A stretch of 64,000 nucleotides of DNA from Candidatus Magasanikbacteria bacterium RIFOXYB2_FULL_38_10 (lineage in GTDB: Bacteria > Patescibacteriota > Patescibacteriia > Magasanikbacterales > UBA10003), in assembly GCA_001783145.1 (NCBI GenBank), contig MFQT01000017.1:30119-94118 (forward strand). Reading direction: 5' to 3'. This document shows, one piece after another, positions 27,616 through 39,313 of this stretch (positions are counted from its first letter, which is position 1; every line of letters starts with the position of its first letter). The translations under genes were made by a program, and so were the position numbers. A model generated the notes under the pieces. That model had not been told where the DNA came from. It worked only from the letters and a program-made list of their open reading frames with translations, and made no database searches.

Positions 27616-28002
27616 ATGAAGAAAAAAATTAGTAACAAACAATTTGCCAGTGCCTTGTGTGAAATTACAGAGGGTTTAAAAGGTGAACGATTGCGTGAAA
27701 CGATTAAGCAGTTTGTTTTGTTGCTGGTAAAATATCACAAATTAAAACAAGGCGCGCGGATTATTGTGGAATTTGAAAAATATGCTAAAAAGCAAGCGGG
27801 TGTAGTGGAAATAGAAATTACTTCAGCACGAAAATTATCTGAAACTACTTTGAATCACATTAAAAAAATCTTTGGCGAACATACTGAGTCAGTAGAAAAT
27901 GTTGATGAAGCGCTTTTAGGTGGCATGAAAGTAAAAACCGAAGATAAAATTTTAGACGCTTCATTAAAAACACAATTAAATATTTTAAAACAAAAATTGT
28001 AA
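27616..28002 (+). CDS. atpH: ATP synthase F1 delta subunit (short form)
   Basis: Lies between atpF and atpA. C-terminal LGGMKVKTEDKILDASLKTQL resembles the OSCP/delta C-terminus. Shorter than the usual delta. Confidence 0.65.
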   Translation: MKKKISNKQFASALCEITEGLKGERLRETIKQFVLLLVKYHKLKQGARIIVEFEKYAKKQAGVVEIEITSARKLSETTLNHIKKIFGEHTESVENVDEALLGGMKVKTEDKILDASLKTQLNILKQKL

Positions 28003-28015
28003 TTAAATTTGAATT

Positions 28016-29503
28016 ATGTCTACCAATACTATAGTAAACGAACTAAAAAAACACATTGCTGAATTTGAAAAAACTGTGCAAGTGGAAGAAATTGGCACAG
28101 TAATTGAAGTCGGCGATGGCATTGCCCGTATGTCTGGCTTGACCAAGTGTCAATATCAGGAAATGTTAGAGTTTCCGGGTGAAGTATTCGGTGTGGCTTT
28201 GAACTTGGAAGAAGAAACTGTCGGCGCCATGATTTTGGGTGATTTTAAAAAGATTAAAGAAGGCGACACAGTAAAACGCACTGGCCGTATTTTGTCTGTA
28301 CCGGTTGGACCGGAAATGGTTGGCAGAGTAGTAAATGCTTTGGGGCAGGCAATTGATGGTAAAGGCGAAATCAAGACCAAACAATTTTATCCAGTAGAAA
28401 AAATTGCTCCGGGCGTAATGACTCGCCAAGGTGTGCATCAACCAGTGCAAACTGGTATCAAAGCTATTGACGCCATGATTCCAATTGGCCGCGGACAACG
28501 TGAATTGATTATCGGCGACCGCCAGACTGGCAAGACTGCTATTGCTGTGGATACCATTATCAATCAAAAAGGCCAGAACATGAAATGTATATATGTGGCA
28601 GTCGGGCAAAAAGAATCCAAAGTCGCGCGTATTTTTGCTAAATTGCAAGAAACTGGCGCTATGGAATATACCACCATTGTCGTGGCCGGTGCTTCAGACC
28701 CAGCTTCAATGTCATATATTGCTCCTTATGCTGGCGTGGCCATGGCCGAATATTTTGCTGACCAAGGTGAAGATGTTTTGGTGGTTTATGATGATTTAAC
28801 TAAACAAGCTTGGGCTTATCGTGAAATTTCACTCTTGCTCCGCCGCCCACCAGGACGCGAAGCTTATCCAGGTGATGTTTTTTATTTACACTCACGCCTT
28901 TTGGAACGCGCTTGCAAATTAAACAAAGAAAATGGTGGTGGTTCTATTACTGCTCTGCCAATTATTGAAACTCAAGCCGGTGATGTAACTGCTTACATCC
29001 CCACAAATGTAATTTCCATTACTGATGGCCAGATCTTTTTGGAAACTGATCAATTTTACAAAGGTATTCGCCCTGCCTTGAATGTGGGTATTTCTGTTTC
29101 TCGCGTGGGCGCTGCTGCACAGATTAAGTCTATGAAAAAAGTGGCCGGTAAATTAAAATTGGCTATGGCTCAATTTCGTGAGTTGGAAGCCTTTGCCCAA
29201 TTTGCCTCTGATTTGGATCCGGAAACCAAAAAGCAAATTGATTTGGGACAGAGAATGACCGAATTATTAAAACAACCTCAATATAGCCCGATGCCGGTAG
29301 TCAATCAGGTGGCTGTCATTTATGCGGTAAGTAATGGTTATTTTAATAAATTTACTGTGAAAGAAGTGGCCGAGCAAGAAAAGAAGTTTATTGATTTTGT
29401 AAATCGTTCCAAACGCGCATTGCTGGAGAAGCTGGCAAAAGGGGATTGGGATGAAATGGTTGAGAAAGAATTAAAAGAAGCCTGTGAAGAATTTATCAAG
29501 TAA
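28016..29503 (+). CDS. atpA: ATP synthase F1 alpha subunit
   Basis: Walker A GDRQTGKT and the alpha-type signature. Confidence 0.95.
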   Translation: MSTNTIVNELKKHIAEFEKTVQVEEIGTVIEVGDGIARMSGLTKCQYQEMLEFPGEVFGVALNLEEETVGAMILGDFKKIKEGDTVKRTGRILSVPVGPEMVGRVVNALGQAIDGKGEIKTKQFYPVEKIAPGVMTRQGVHQPVQTGIKAIDAMIPIGRGQRELIIGDRQTGKTAIAVDTIINQKGQNMKCIYVAVGQKESKVARIFAKLQETGAMEYTTIVVAGASDPASMSYIAPYAGVAMAEYFADQGEDVLVVYDDLTKQAWAYREISLLLRRPPGREAYPGDVFYLHSRLLERACKLNKENGGGSITALPIIETQAGDVTAYIPTNVISITDGQIFLETDQFYKGIRPALNVGISVSRVGAAAQIKSMKKVAGKLKLAMAQFRELEAFAQFASDLDPETKKQIDLGQRMTELLKQPQYSPMPVVNQVAVIYAVSNGYFNKFTVKEVAEQEKKFIDFVNRSKRALLEKLAKGDWDEMVEKELKEACEEFIK

Positions 29504-29505
29504 TT

Positions 29506-30459
29506 ATGGCAGTCAACACTAAAGCAATTAAACGCCGCATTAAATCCGTGGGCAATACCAAAAAGATTACCAAAGCCATGGAAATGGTGTCGGCAGCCAA
29601 GATGAGAAAAGCCGTGGACGCGGCTGTTAAAACCCGCGCTTATGCTGCATTGGCTTGGAATTTGCTTGTAAATTTATCAAAGACGCAAAAAGTCAGCTTG
29701 CCTTTGTTAGAAGTGCGTCCGGTTAAAAATATCTTAATCATTTTAATTACTTCCAATAAAGGTTTTTGCGGAAGTTTCAATAGTAACATTATTAAAAAAA
29801 CAGCTGAACAGTTGTTGAATCCCAGTAATCTTGCCAAACAACGTATTAAAGAAGTGAATGCTGAGCCAAGCACAGAAATTAATGTTGACATTTTGGGAAT
29901 TGGCAAGAAAGGATCGGAATTTATCAGGCGCTTAGATAAAAATTTAATTGCCGCTTTTACTGATCTGCCCGATACACCGTGCTTGAATGATGTCTTGCCG
30001 GTGAGTCAGATGATCATTGATGCTTACAAGGAAAAAAAGTATGATAAGGTGGTGGTAGCCTATACAGATTTTAAATCAGCTATTACTCAAATTGCCAAAT
30101 TGCGTCAGGTTTTGCCAATTTCTGAATTTGATTTGGAAAAAATGATTACTGATTTGGGTAAAAATTTACCGGCTGGTTCCACAAAACCGGAAATGGAATT
30201 GAATGAATATTTGTTTGAACCGGATCGCGATGAAATCTTGTCAGTTATCCTGCCGCGCTTAGTGGAGACACAAATTTATCAGGCAGTTTTGGAATCTTCC
30301 GCTTCGGAACAAAGTGCCCGTATGATGGCTATGCGCAATGCTTCCGATGCCGCCGAAGATATGATTAAAGATTTGAGTTTAGCTTTTAATAAAGCCCGTC
30401 AAGCCGGTATTACTCAGGAAATTGCCGAAATTAGTGGTGGCGCGGCGGCGCTTGGATAA
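29506..30459 (+). CDS. atpG: ATP synthase F1 gamma subunit
   Basis: N-terminus IKRRIKSV..TKKITKAMEMVSAAKMRKA is the conserved gamma start. Confidence 0.9.
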   Translation: MAVNTKAIKRRIKSVGNTKKITKAMEMVSAAKMRKAVDAAVKTRAYAALAWNLLVNLSKTQKVSLPLLEVRPVKNILIILITSNKGFCGSFNSNIIKKTAEQLLNPSNLAKQRIKEVNAEPSTEINVDILGIGKKGSEFIRRLDKNLIAAFTDLPDTPCLNDVLPVSQMIIDAYKEKKYDKVVVAYTDFKSAITQIAKLRQVLPISEFDLEKMITDLGKNLPAGSTKPEMELNEYLFEPDRDEILSVILPRLVETQIYQAVLESSASEQSARMMAMRNASDAAEDMIKDLSLAFNKARQAGITQEIAEISGGAAALG

Positions 30460-30464
30460 TATAA

Positions 30465-31874
<1,410 letters not shown>

Positions 31875-31879
31875 CTTTT

Positions 31880-32335
31880 ATGCAAAAAATAGATTTACAA
31901 ATTACAACTCCTGAAGGTGTAGCTTATAAAGCCAGTGACATTGACGCTATTTCTTTGCCTACTAGCACGGGTGAAATTACTATTTTACCAGGCCATATTC
32001 CTTTAGTTTCCGCCTTGATTGCCGGTGAGGCTCGTATAAAAAGAGGGGAAGAAACTGAATTTTTAGCAGTTTCCGGAGGTTTTATAGAGGTCCAACCCAA
32101 TTTTAAAGTGGTGGTTTTGGCAGACACGGCCGAAAGAGCAGAACATATTGACATAGATAGAGCCAAAAAGGCCAGACAAAAAGCAGAAGAGTTGATGAAA
32201 CAAAAACACGTCAATGACGTTGAATATGCGGCTTTGACCTCCAAAATTGAAAGAGAAATGGCTCGTGTTAAAGTGGCGCGCCGTCATAAGGCGCATCGTA
32301 CGCCGGGGGAGTTTATAAAAACTGACGACGAATAA
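31880..32335 (+). CDS. atpC: ATP synthase F1 epsilon subunit
   Basis: N-terminal beta-sandwich (ITTPEG...ISLPTSTGEITILPGH) and a C-terminal helical hairpin. Confidence 0.85.
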   Translation: MQKIDLQITTPEGVAYKASDIDAISLPTSTGEITILPGHIPLVSALIAGEARIKRGEETEFLAVSGGFIEVQPNFKVVVLADTAERAEHIDIDRAKKARQKAEELMKQKHVNDVEYAALTSKIEREMARVKVARRHKAHRTPGEFIKTDDE

Positions 32336-32362
32336 TTAAGGATTTAAATAAAATTATTTATT

Positions 32363-32785
32363 ATGTCACATCATTGCAAGGCCTTAATAATTCATTGCAT
32401 GGATTTTCGTTTTGGCGAAGCGATCAAAAATTGGCTTGTAGAAAAGCATTTGTTGAATGATTGCGATATTGTTTCGTTGGCCGGTGCAGCCAAGGGTTTA
32501 GTGAGTCCTAAAAATCCCGCAGAAACCGATGTTATTTTAAGACAGATAGAAATTTCCACCAGTTTGCACCACATCTCAGAGGTTATTTTAATGAATCATA
32601 CTGATTGCGGAGCTTATGGCGGCCGCGATGCCTTTGAATCAAGCGAAGCGGAATATAATCAGCATTTGGGTGATATGCGATTGGCTAAGGAAAAAATCTT
32701 GGCCAAATTTCCAGATTTAAAAGTTAAAATTGATTTGGCAAAAATAAACCCCTTGGGACAAATTGCAATAGAAGAAGTAGAGTAA
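32363..32785 (+). CDS. minimal beta-class carbonic anhydrase-like protein
   Basis: CMDFRF (cf. beta-CA CxDSR) and NHTDCGAYGG (cf. HTxCGA) zinc-ligand motifs in a 140-aa protein. Confidence 0.4.
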   Translation: MSHHCKALIIHCMDFRFGEAIKNWLVEKHLLNDCDIVSLAGAAKGLVSPKNPAETDVILRQIEISTSLHHISEVILMNHTDCGAYGGRDAFESSEAEYNQHLGDMRLAKEKILAKFPDLKVKIDLAKINPLGQIAIEEVE

Positions 32786-32857
32786 ATAAAAAATCCCTCC
32801 GGTTAACGGGGGATGTTTTGGTTGTAAGGAAGTGTAGGCTTAGCATATAATGATTTT

Positions 32858-33523
32858 ATGGTCAACACCAAACAGTCTAAAATTTTCACTCTCAATCCCA
32901 CAGCTTCTGATCTTAATTTTTCCCGTTTGTTAAAAACCCATGGTCCGCAATATTGGTGGCCAATTAGTGGTTCAAAAAAAGATGTGCTTCTAGAAATTGC
33001 TCTGGGAGCAATTTTGACGCAAAACACCTCTTGGAGTAATGTGGAGAAAGCCTTGGACTGCCTTAAAAAAGAACATTTTTTAAATTTACCGGCAATTTTA
33101 AAATGTCCTCAGGCAAAATTGGAAAAATGTTTGAAATCATCAGGGTATTTTCGTCAAAAAGCTAAAAAGATAAAAATTTTTACCAAATGGCTAGAGAAAA
33201 AATACGGGGGTAGTTTAGGAAACTTTTTTAAAAGTGAGGATGTTTTAAAAATGCGCGGAGAACTTTTGTCTTTATGGGGGATTGGGCGGGAGACAGCTGA
33301 TTCCATTTTACTTTATGCCGGGGGGAAACCGATTTTTGTTATAGATACTTATACCAAAAGATTTTGCGCAAAAATGGGAATACAGTTTAAAGATTATGAT
33401 GAATATCGCGCATTTTTTGAAAATAAACTATACAATAAATTAAAAAAGTGGCCCCGAGTTAAATTATACAACGAATTCCATGCTTTAATTGTTAGGTGGG
33501 GTAAAGAAAAAAACGGCCGTTAA
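32858..33523 (+). CDS. HhH-GPD superfamily DNA glycosylase (endonuclease III-related)
   Basis: Helix-hairpin-helix LWGIGRETADSILLYA followed by a Gly/Pro-rich loop and the catalytic Asp (VIDTY). Confidence 0.55.
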   Translation: MVNTKQSKIFTLNPTASDLNFSRLLKTHGPQYWWPISGSKKDVLLEIALGAILTQNTSWSNVEKALDCLKKEHFLNLPAILKCPQAKLEKCLKSSGYFRQKAKKIKIFTKWLEKKYGGSLGNFFKSEDVLKMRGELLSLWGIGRETADSILLYAGGKPIFVIDTYTKRFCAKMGIQFKDYDEYRAFFENKLYNKLKKWPRVKLYNEFHALIVRWGKEKNGR

Positions 33524-33524
33524 T

Positions 33525-36485
33525 ATGTCCCTTGATTTATCACAACTAAATTCCGCTCAAAAAGAAGCCGTCACTCATGGCAATGGCCCGCTTTTGATTG
33601 TTGCCGGAGCAGGTACGGGGAAGACTTCGGTTATTACCAAAAGGCTAGCTTATTTAATAGATTCCGGGCTGGCCAAAACCGATGAAATTTTGGCTCTAAC
33701 TTTTACTGATAAAGCCGCCGGAGAATTAGAAGAAAGGATTGATAGCCTTTTACCTTATGGTTATTTAGATTTGTGGGTGCACACTTTTCATTCTTTTGCC
33801 GAAAGAATTTTAAAACAACACGGCTTGGATATTGGACTCCCTGGTGATTTTAAGCTTTTAACCCAAACCGAGGTTTGGCTTTTGGTGCGCGAAAATTTAA
33901 GTAAATTTGATTTGGATTATTACCGCCCTTTGGGCAACCCTTCTAAATTTATCCACGCTTTGTTAAAACATTTTTCTCGTTGTAAAGATGAAATGATCTC
34001 TCCAACGGATTACTTGGATTATGCTGACAATTTAATTTTGGATTCCGATGTTGTTTTATCTGGTAAAGATTCAGCCGCAGGGAGTGAAAAAAAACGCTTG
34101 CAAGAAATTGCGGGTGCCTATCACACCTATAACCAACTATTATTAGATAACAATAGTTTAGATTTTGGTGATTTGATTTTTTATACTTTGCAATTGTTTA
34201 AAAAACGTCCCCAGTTGTTAGATGCTTATAGAAAAAAGTTTAAATATATTTTAGTGGATGAATTTCAAGACACCAATTTGGCGCAATATGAGCTGATTAA
34301 ATTATTAGCTGAACCCGCTAATAATTTAACGGTAGTTGGTGATGATGACCAGTCTATTTATAAATTTCGCGGCGCTTCCATTTCCAATATTTTGCATTTT
34401 AAAAAAGATTTTCCTCAGGCAGATCTTATAACTTTGGTAAATAATTATCGCAGTGCGCAGAAAATTTTGGACTACGCTTACAATTTAATCGTTAAAAATA
34501 ACCCCGATCGTTTGGAGGAGAAATTAAAAATTAATAAAAAATTAGTGGCTCAAAAAGATGAAGTGGGAATAGTAGAGATTATCTCCACTAAAACAGGGGA
34601 ATCCGAAGCCAAAAAAGTGGCGGAAAAAATTTTAAAAATCAAGTTGGAAGCTGAAGAAAAAGGTGAAAATGTCAGTTGGAATGATTTTGCAATTTTGGCC
34701 CGCTCCAATAGCGCCGCTGATTTATTTTTGGTCGCTTTAGATCGATGCGGAATACCTTTTCAGTTTTTGGCCTCTTCTGGTTTATTTCGTCAAGACTTGG
34801 TTTTGGATATTGTTGCTTATCTTAAGCTTTTGGACAATTATCATGAAAATCCGGCCGTGTTTAGAATTTTAAATTCTTCTTTTTTAAACATTGAAGCTAA
34901 GGATATTATAAAAATCAACCATCAAGCCAAAAAGAAAACGTGGTCTATTTTTGAAACTTTAAAAAACGCGCGTTCTTTAGGGGTGGCTGAAGAAGGTATT
35001 AAAAAAATTGATTCCTTTTTATCTTTGGTAGAAAAACACACTCAATTTGCCAAAACGGCCAACGTGACAATGGTAATTTATGCCTTTTTAAATGAATCCG
35101 GTTATTTAAAAAATTTGGTAGCACAAAGTAGCGCGGGGGACTTAACGGCGGCCAAGCAAATTATTTATTTAAAACAATTTTATAATTTGGTGGAAAGTTT
35201 TGAAGGGGGGCATGCGGAAAAATTAGTTAAACATTTTTTAGATTATTTTAATTATGTGATGGAATCCGGCGATGAGGGCGCTCTTTCCCAAGAACTTATG
35301 GCCGGGCCGGAAGCGGTTAAAATAATGACAGCCCACTCTGCTAAAGGTTTGGAGTTTAAATATGTTTTTCTGGTTAATTTGGTAGAAATGCGTTTTCCTT
35401 CTGTTAATCGTGCCGATCCTATTGAGTTGCCGGAAAAATTAGTTAAGGAAATTTTGCCTGAAGGAGATAGCCATCTGCAAGAAGAACGCCGCCTTTTTTA
35501 TGTTGGCTTAACGCGCGCTAAAAAAGGTTTATTTTTAACTTGGGCAGAAAATTATGGTTTAAGCGGCCGCGAACGCAAGCCCTCTAGATTTTTGCAAGAA
35601 TTAGGTGTAATAGAAATTAGAAAAGAAAAAGAAGCAGAGATAATTCCTGACACAGAAAAAAAATCGGCGTATTCCTCGTCTTTAAAAGAATATGCACCGA
35701 CGCATTTTAGTTTTACTCAATTAAAGACTTTCAGTACCTGTCCATTTCAATATCGTTTTGCTCATATTTTGCAAATTCCTGTTAAAGGCAATGCCAGTTT
35801 TAGTTTTGGCAAAACTATGCATTTAACTCTGCAGAAATTCTATAATGCTATGATAGAGAGGAATTCTGTTAGTCAGGGTAACTTATTTGAAACTCCGGCT
35901 CCTAAAAATAAGGGATCTTTAAAAATACCCGGCGAACAGGAATTGTTGGATTGGTATGAAAAAGCTTGGATTGATGATTGGTATTTAGATAAACACCAAA
36001 AAGAGGAATATTTTGCTAAAGGCAAGAACATTTTAAGAAAATTTTATGAGACAACAGAATGGAAGGTTCCTAAGCTTTTAGAGGTGGGGTTTCATATTAA
36101 ATTTGGTGAGTATAAATTAAGAGGGCAAATAGACAGAATAGATCCTTTGCCCGATGGGACCGTAGAGATTATTGATTACAAAACAGGGGAACCTCCAAAA
36201 AATGAACAACTGGATTTGGAAGCTAAAGAGCAATTGTTGATTTATCAAATAGCCACCGCTCAATTTTTAAGAGAAAAACCCTCTATTTTAAGTTTTTATT
36301 ACTTAAATAATAATTCCAAAATTTCTTTTATCGGAAAAGGAGATGATTTAGTCAAAATAGAATCTAAAATAGTGAAAGAAATTGAAGAAATTAAAAATTC
36401 ACAATTTTCAGCTAAACCCTCGCCTTTTAATTGTGCTCACTGTGATTATAAAAGTATCTGTCAGCACGCGGATTTAAGAGCTTAA
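33525..36485 (+). CDS. UvrD/PcrA-type SF1 helicase fused to C-terminal PD-(D/E)XK nuclease with Cys cluster (AddA-like)
   Basis: Helicase motifs AGAGTGKT (I), DEFQDTN (II), VGDDDQSIYKFRGA and VNNYRS. The C-terminal domain has GQIDRID...EIIDYKTG (PD-D/ExK) and the CAHCDYKSIC cysteines typical of AddB/Cas4-like Fe-S nucleases. Confidence 0.75.
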   Translation: MSLDLSQLNSAQKEAVTHGNGPLLIVAGAGTGKTSVITKRLAYLIDSGLAKTDEILALTFTDKAAGELEERIDSLLPYGYLDLWVHTFHSFAERILKQHGLDIGLPGDFKLLTQTEVWLLVRENLSKFDLDYYRPLGNPSKFIHALLKHFSRCKDEMISPTDYLDYADNLILDSDVVLSGKDSAAGSEKKRLQEIAGAYHTYNQLLLDNNSLDFGDLIFYTLQLFKKRPQLLDAYRKKFKYILVDEFQDTNLAQYELIKLLAEPANNLTVVGDDDQSIYKFRGASISNILHFKKDFPQADLITLVNNYRSAQKILDYAYNLIVKNNPDRLEEKLKINKKLVAQKDEVGIVEIISTKTGESEAKKVAEKILKIKLEAEEKGENVSWNDFAILARSNSAADLFLVALDRCGIPFQFLASSGLFRQDLVLDIVAYLKLLDNYHENPAVFRILNSSFLNIEAKDIIKINHQAKKKTWSIFETLKNARSLGVAEEGIKKIDSFLSLVEKHTQFAKTANVTMVIYAFLNESGYLKNLVAQSSAGDLTAAKQIIYLKQFYNLVESFEGGHAEKLVKHFLDYFNYVMESGDEGALSQELMAGPEAVKIMTAHSAKGLEFKYVFLVNLVEMRFPSVNRADPIELPEKLVKEILPEGDSHLQEERRLFYVGLTRAKKGLFLTWAENYGLSGRERKPSRFLQELGVIEIRKEKEAEIIPDTEKKSAYSSSLKEYAPTHFSFTQLKTFSTCPFQYRFAHILQIPVKGNASFSFGKTMHLTLQKFYNAMIERNSVSQGNLFETPAPKNKGSLKIPGEQELLDWYEKAWIDDWYLDKHQKEEYFAKGKNILRKFYETTEWKVPKLLEVGFHIKFGEYKLRGQIDRIDPLPDGTVEIIDYKTGEPPKNEQLDLEAKEQLLIYQIATAQFLREKPSILSFYYLNNNSKISFIGKGDDLVKIESKIVKEIEEIKNSQFSAKPSPFNCAHCDYKSICQHADLRA

Positions 36486-36542
36486 ATTAGCTAAAAAAAG
36501 ACCCTTGATTTTTTAGCTAATTAACGTTAAGATACTAAGGAT

Positions 36543-36929
36543 ATGACCTTGCGTTATTATACTTTTATCATGATTATTGCCACCCTGCTTTGTTGGGCTG
36601 CTTGGTTTTTAGTTGTGCTTAATGTTAATCCCTTTGAGGCAAGTTTTTTGAGCTTAAGTATCTTTTATTTAAGTCTTTTCCTTTCTTTGGCCGGAACTAT
36701 CTCCATTTTGGGTTTTCTTGTTAGGGTTTATTTTTTAAAAAATAAAGAGCCATATTTTAAAATAGTAGCACGTGCTTTTAGGCACAGTTTATTTTTTGCA
36801 TTACTCTTAACCATTGCTTTATTTTTTCAGAGTTTTCATCTTTTGAATTGGTGGAATTTAAGTATTTTAGTTTTAGCTTTGTTATTTTTTGAAATGTCAT
36901 TTTTAACCGGAAAAGGCCGACTGATGTAA
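36543..36929 (+). CDS. hypothetical 4-TM membrane protein
   Basis: Hydrophobic ORF immediately upstream of mreB. No recognisable family. Confidence 0.35.
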   Translation: MTLRYYTFIMIIATLLCWAAWFLVVLNVNPFEASFLSLSIFYLSLFLSLAGTISILGFLVRVYFLKNKEPYFKIVARAFRHSLFFALLLTIALFFQSFHLLNWWNLSILVLALLFFEMSFLTGKGRLM

Positions 36930-36932
36930 AAT

Positions 36933-37973
36933 ATGTTTGGAAAAATTATTAAAAAATTTAATAGAAACATTGGCATTGATTTGGGTACTGCCAATACACT
37001 TGTTTATACTCCGGATAAAGGCATTGTCATAAATGAACCCTCGGTAATTGCTATTAATTTGCGTACCGAACAAATTTTAGCCGTAGGTCAAGAAGCTAAG
37101 ATGATGTTGGGTAAAACCCCTCCTTATATTACGGTGACCAGGCCTTTAACTGGTGGAATTATTTCTGATTTTGAAGTGACGGAAAAAATGATTAAATATT
37201 TTATTAATAAAATTAGCACCAGTGCTTTTTTCTCTCCACGTCCTTCCGTAGTTATTGGCGTGCCGTTAGAAATCACAGAAGTAGAACGTAAAGCCGTAGA
37301 AGACGCAGTTTTGGGAGCTGGGGGAAAAAGAGCTGTTATTGTGGAAGAACCCATGGCGGCAGCCATTGGGGCTAAACTACCGGTTGAAGAGGCGGTGGCT
37401 AGTATGGTTGTGGATATTGGCGGAGGTACAACGGAAATCGCTGTAATTTCTTTAAGCGGGATTGTTACTGCCAAATCTGTTAAAATAGCCGGGGATGAAC
37501 TAAATAAGAACATCATCCATTATGCTAAGGAAAAATTTAACCTTTTGATTGGTGAAACTCACGCTGAGGAATTAAAAGTTAAAATTGGTTCAGCCAAAGA
37601 GCTGGAGGAATCTTTTGAGTATACTATTCGCGGAAGAGATTTGATGACGGGACTGCCCAGAGAAAACATTATTTCCGATAATGAGGTAAGGGAAGCGATA
37701 CAAAGGTCTGTCTGGACCATAGTTGATAGTATTAAATCAGTTTTGGAAACGACCCCTCCAGAATTAATATCTGATATTCATGAACGTGGCATTGTCTTAA
37801 CGGGCGGTGGAGCTTTACTTAGAGGGTTGGATAAGGCAATAGAGGATGCTACCAATATTCCGGTTAGAATTGCCGAAGATCCTTTGACTTGTGTAGTTAG
37901 AGGCACTGCGCTTTTAATTGAACGCCCGGAATTGCTTAATAACGTGGCCTTGCCCTCGTCAACAGATAACTAA
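36933..37973 (+). CDS. mreB: rod shape-determining protein MreB
   Basis: Actin-fold motifs GIDLGTANT and VVDIGGGTTE, followed by mreC and mreD. Confidence 0.9.
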   Translation: MFGKIIKKFNRNIGIDLGTANTLVYTPDKGIVINEPSVIAINLRTEQILAVGQEAKMMLGKTPPYITVTRPLTGGIISDFEVTEKMIKYFINKISTSAFFSPRPSVVIGVPLEITEVERKAVEDAVLGAGGKRAVIVEEPMAAAIGAKLPVEEAVASMVVDIGGGTTEIAVISLSGIVTAKSVKIAGDELNKNIIHYAKEKFNLLIGETHAEELKVKIGSAKELEESFEYTIRGRDLMTGLPRENIISDNEVREAIQRSVWTIVDSIKSVLETTPPELISDIHERGIVLTGGGALLRGLDKAIEDATNIPVRIAEDPLTCVVRGTALLIERPELLNNVALPSSTDN

Positions 37974-37995
37974 TTTTTGCTAAAGTTCAGGTTTT

Positions 37996-38784
37996 ATGTT
38001 TCAAAAAAAAGTTATTTTAATTTCTTTTTTATTTTTTTTTATAGTTATTTTTTTTCATTATCAAGGTTGGTTTGTCACTGTGGAAACAGCCTTGCAGACT
38101 ATTTTGGGGAAGGGTAGTCGGGGAGTTTATACTTTTAATAATGATATTAAAAATTATTTTGCGCGTTGGGTTAGTTACCGTAATCTTTTTGAAGAAAATA
38201 AAAAATGTTTAGAAAAAATTTCCTCTCTATCAATAAAACAAGGAGAATTGGCGCAAATACAAGATGAAAATAAAATTTTAAGGTCCTCGCTCAATTTTTT
38301 AAAAAAAGAAAATAATTTTGTCATGGCTAATGTTATTGGCAAGGCTCCCGACCCAATCAACAATGTTCTTTTAATTGATAAAGGCTTAAAAGATGGTTTA
38401 AAAGAAGGTTTGGGAGTTTTAGCAGAAGAAGGCATATTAATTGGCAAAATAATTAAAGTGGAAGAAAAAAATTCTCAAATAAGAATAATTACTGATAATG
38501 AGAGCAAGATTGCTGTTTCCATCCTTAATCCGGATCAGGCTTCTGGAATTATGTCCGGTGAACATAATTTACGGTTATTGTTAACCATGATTCCTCTTAC
38601 TGAAAATATAAAGCCTGGAGATAAAGTGGTTACTTCTAATTTAGATTCTGGTATTAAAAAAGGGATGTTAATAGGACAAATCGAGTCTGTTCAAAAAGAA
38701 CTTTACCAGCCTTTTCAAAGTGCTATTGTTAAGCCGGCAGTTGACTTAAATAAGTTAAACATAATTTACGTTTTATTGGATTAG
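37996..38784 (+). CDS. mreC: rod shape-determining protein MreC
   Basis: N-terminal TM, then a coiled-coil and beta-rich domains. Lies between mreB and mreD. Confidence 0.7.
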   Translation: MFQKKVILISFLFFFIVIFFHYQGWFVTVETALQTILGKGSRGVYTFNNDIKNYFARWVSYRNLFEENKKCLEKISSLSIKQGELAQIQDENKILRSSLNFLKKENNFVMANVIGKAPDPINNVLLIDKGLKDGLKEGLGVLAEEGILIGKIIKVEEKNSQIRIITDNESKIAVSILNPDQASGIMSGEHNLRLLLTMIPLTENIKPGDKVVTSNLDSGIKKGMLIGQIESVQKELYQPFQSAIVKPAVDLNKLNIIYVLLD

Positions 38785-38788
38785 GTCT

Positions 38789-39313
38789 ATGTTTTGGCGT
38801 TTTTTGTTATCCTTTTTAATAATTTTTTTAGCTTTTATTTTACAAATTGGTTTAATTGTTTTTTTGCCAACGCCTTTTTCTTTTATAAATATCGTTTTTA
38901 TAATTTTAATTCTTAATAGTTTTTTTAACAAAAGAAGCTCCACTAATTTTTTTTTGATTCTTTCCGCCGGATTATTAAGTGAAATGTTCGCTCAAATTTT
39001 CGGAATTTTCACTTTTTGCCTTTTAACAACCTTTATTTTATTTTTTTGGATAGCAGAGCATTTTGTGACTAACAAAACCAATATTGCCCTGGGTCTTTTA
39101 AGCATCTTTGTTTTTTTTGTCTTTAACTTTTTAATTTCTTTTTTTAGTTTTTTACTTAATCTTAAATTTGGTTTAGCTATAAATTATTCTTTTTTAAATC
39201 ATTTGCAAACTGCTTGGACGGGGGCCTTGGTAAATACACCATTAATTTTAATAATTAATCTTTTTAATTCCAAATTTGAAAGATTAGTAAAATCATTTGT
39301 GATTATTAAATAA
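38789..39313 (+). CDS. mreD: rod shape-determining protein MreD-like membrane protein
   Basis: Polytopic small membrane protein between mreC and the PBP2 gene. Confidence 0.5.
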   Translation: MFWRFLLSFLIIFLAFILQIGLIVFLPTPFSFINIVFIILILNSFFNKRSSTNFFLILSAGLLSEMFAQIFGIFTFCLLTTFILFFWIAEHFVTNKTNIALGLLSIFVFFVFNFLISFFSFLLNLKFGLAINYSFLNHLQTAWTGALVNTPLILIINLFNSKFERLVKSFVIIK

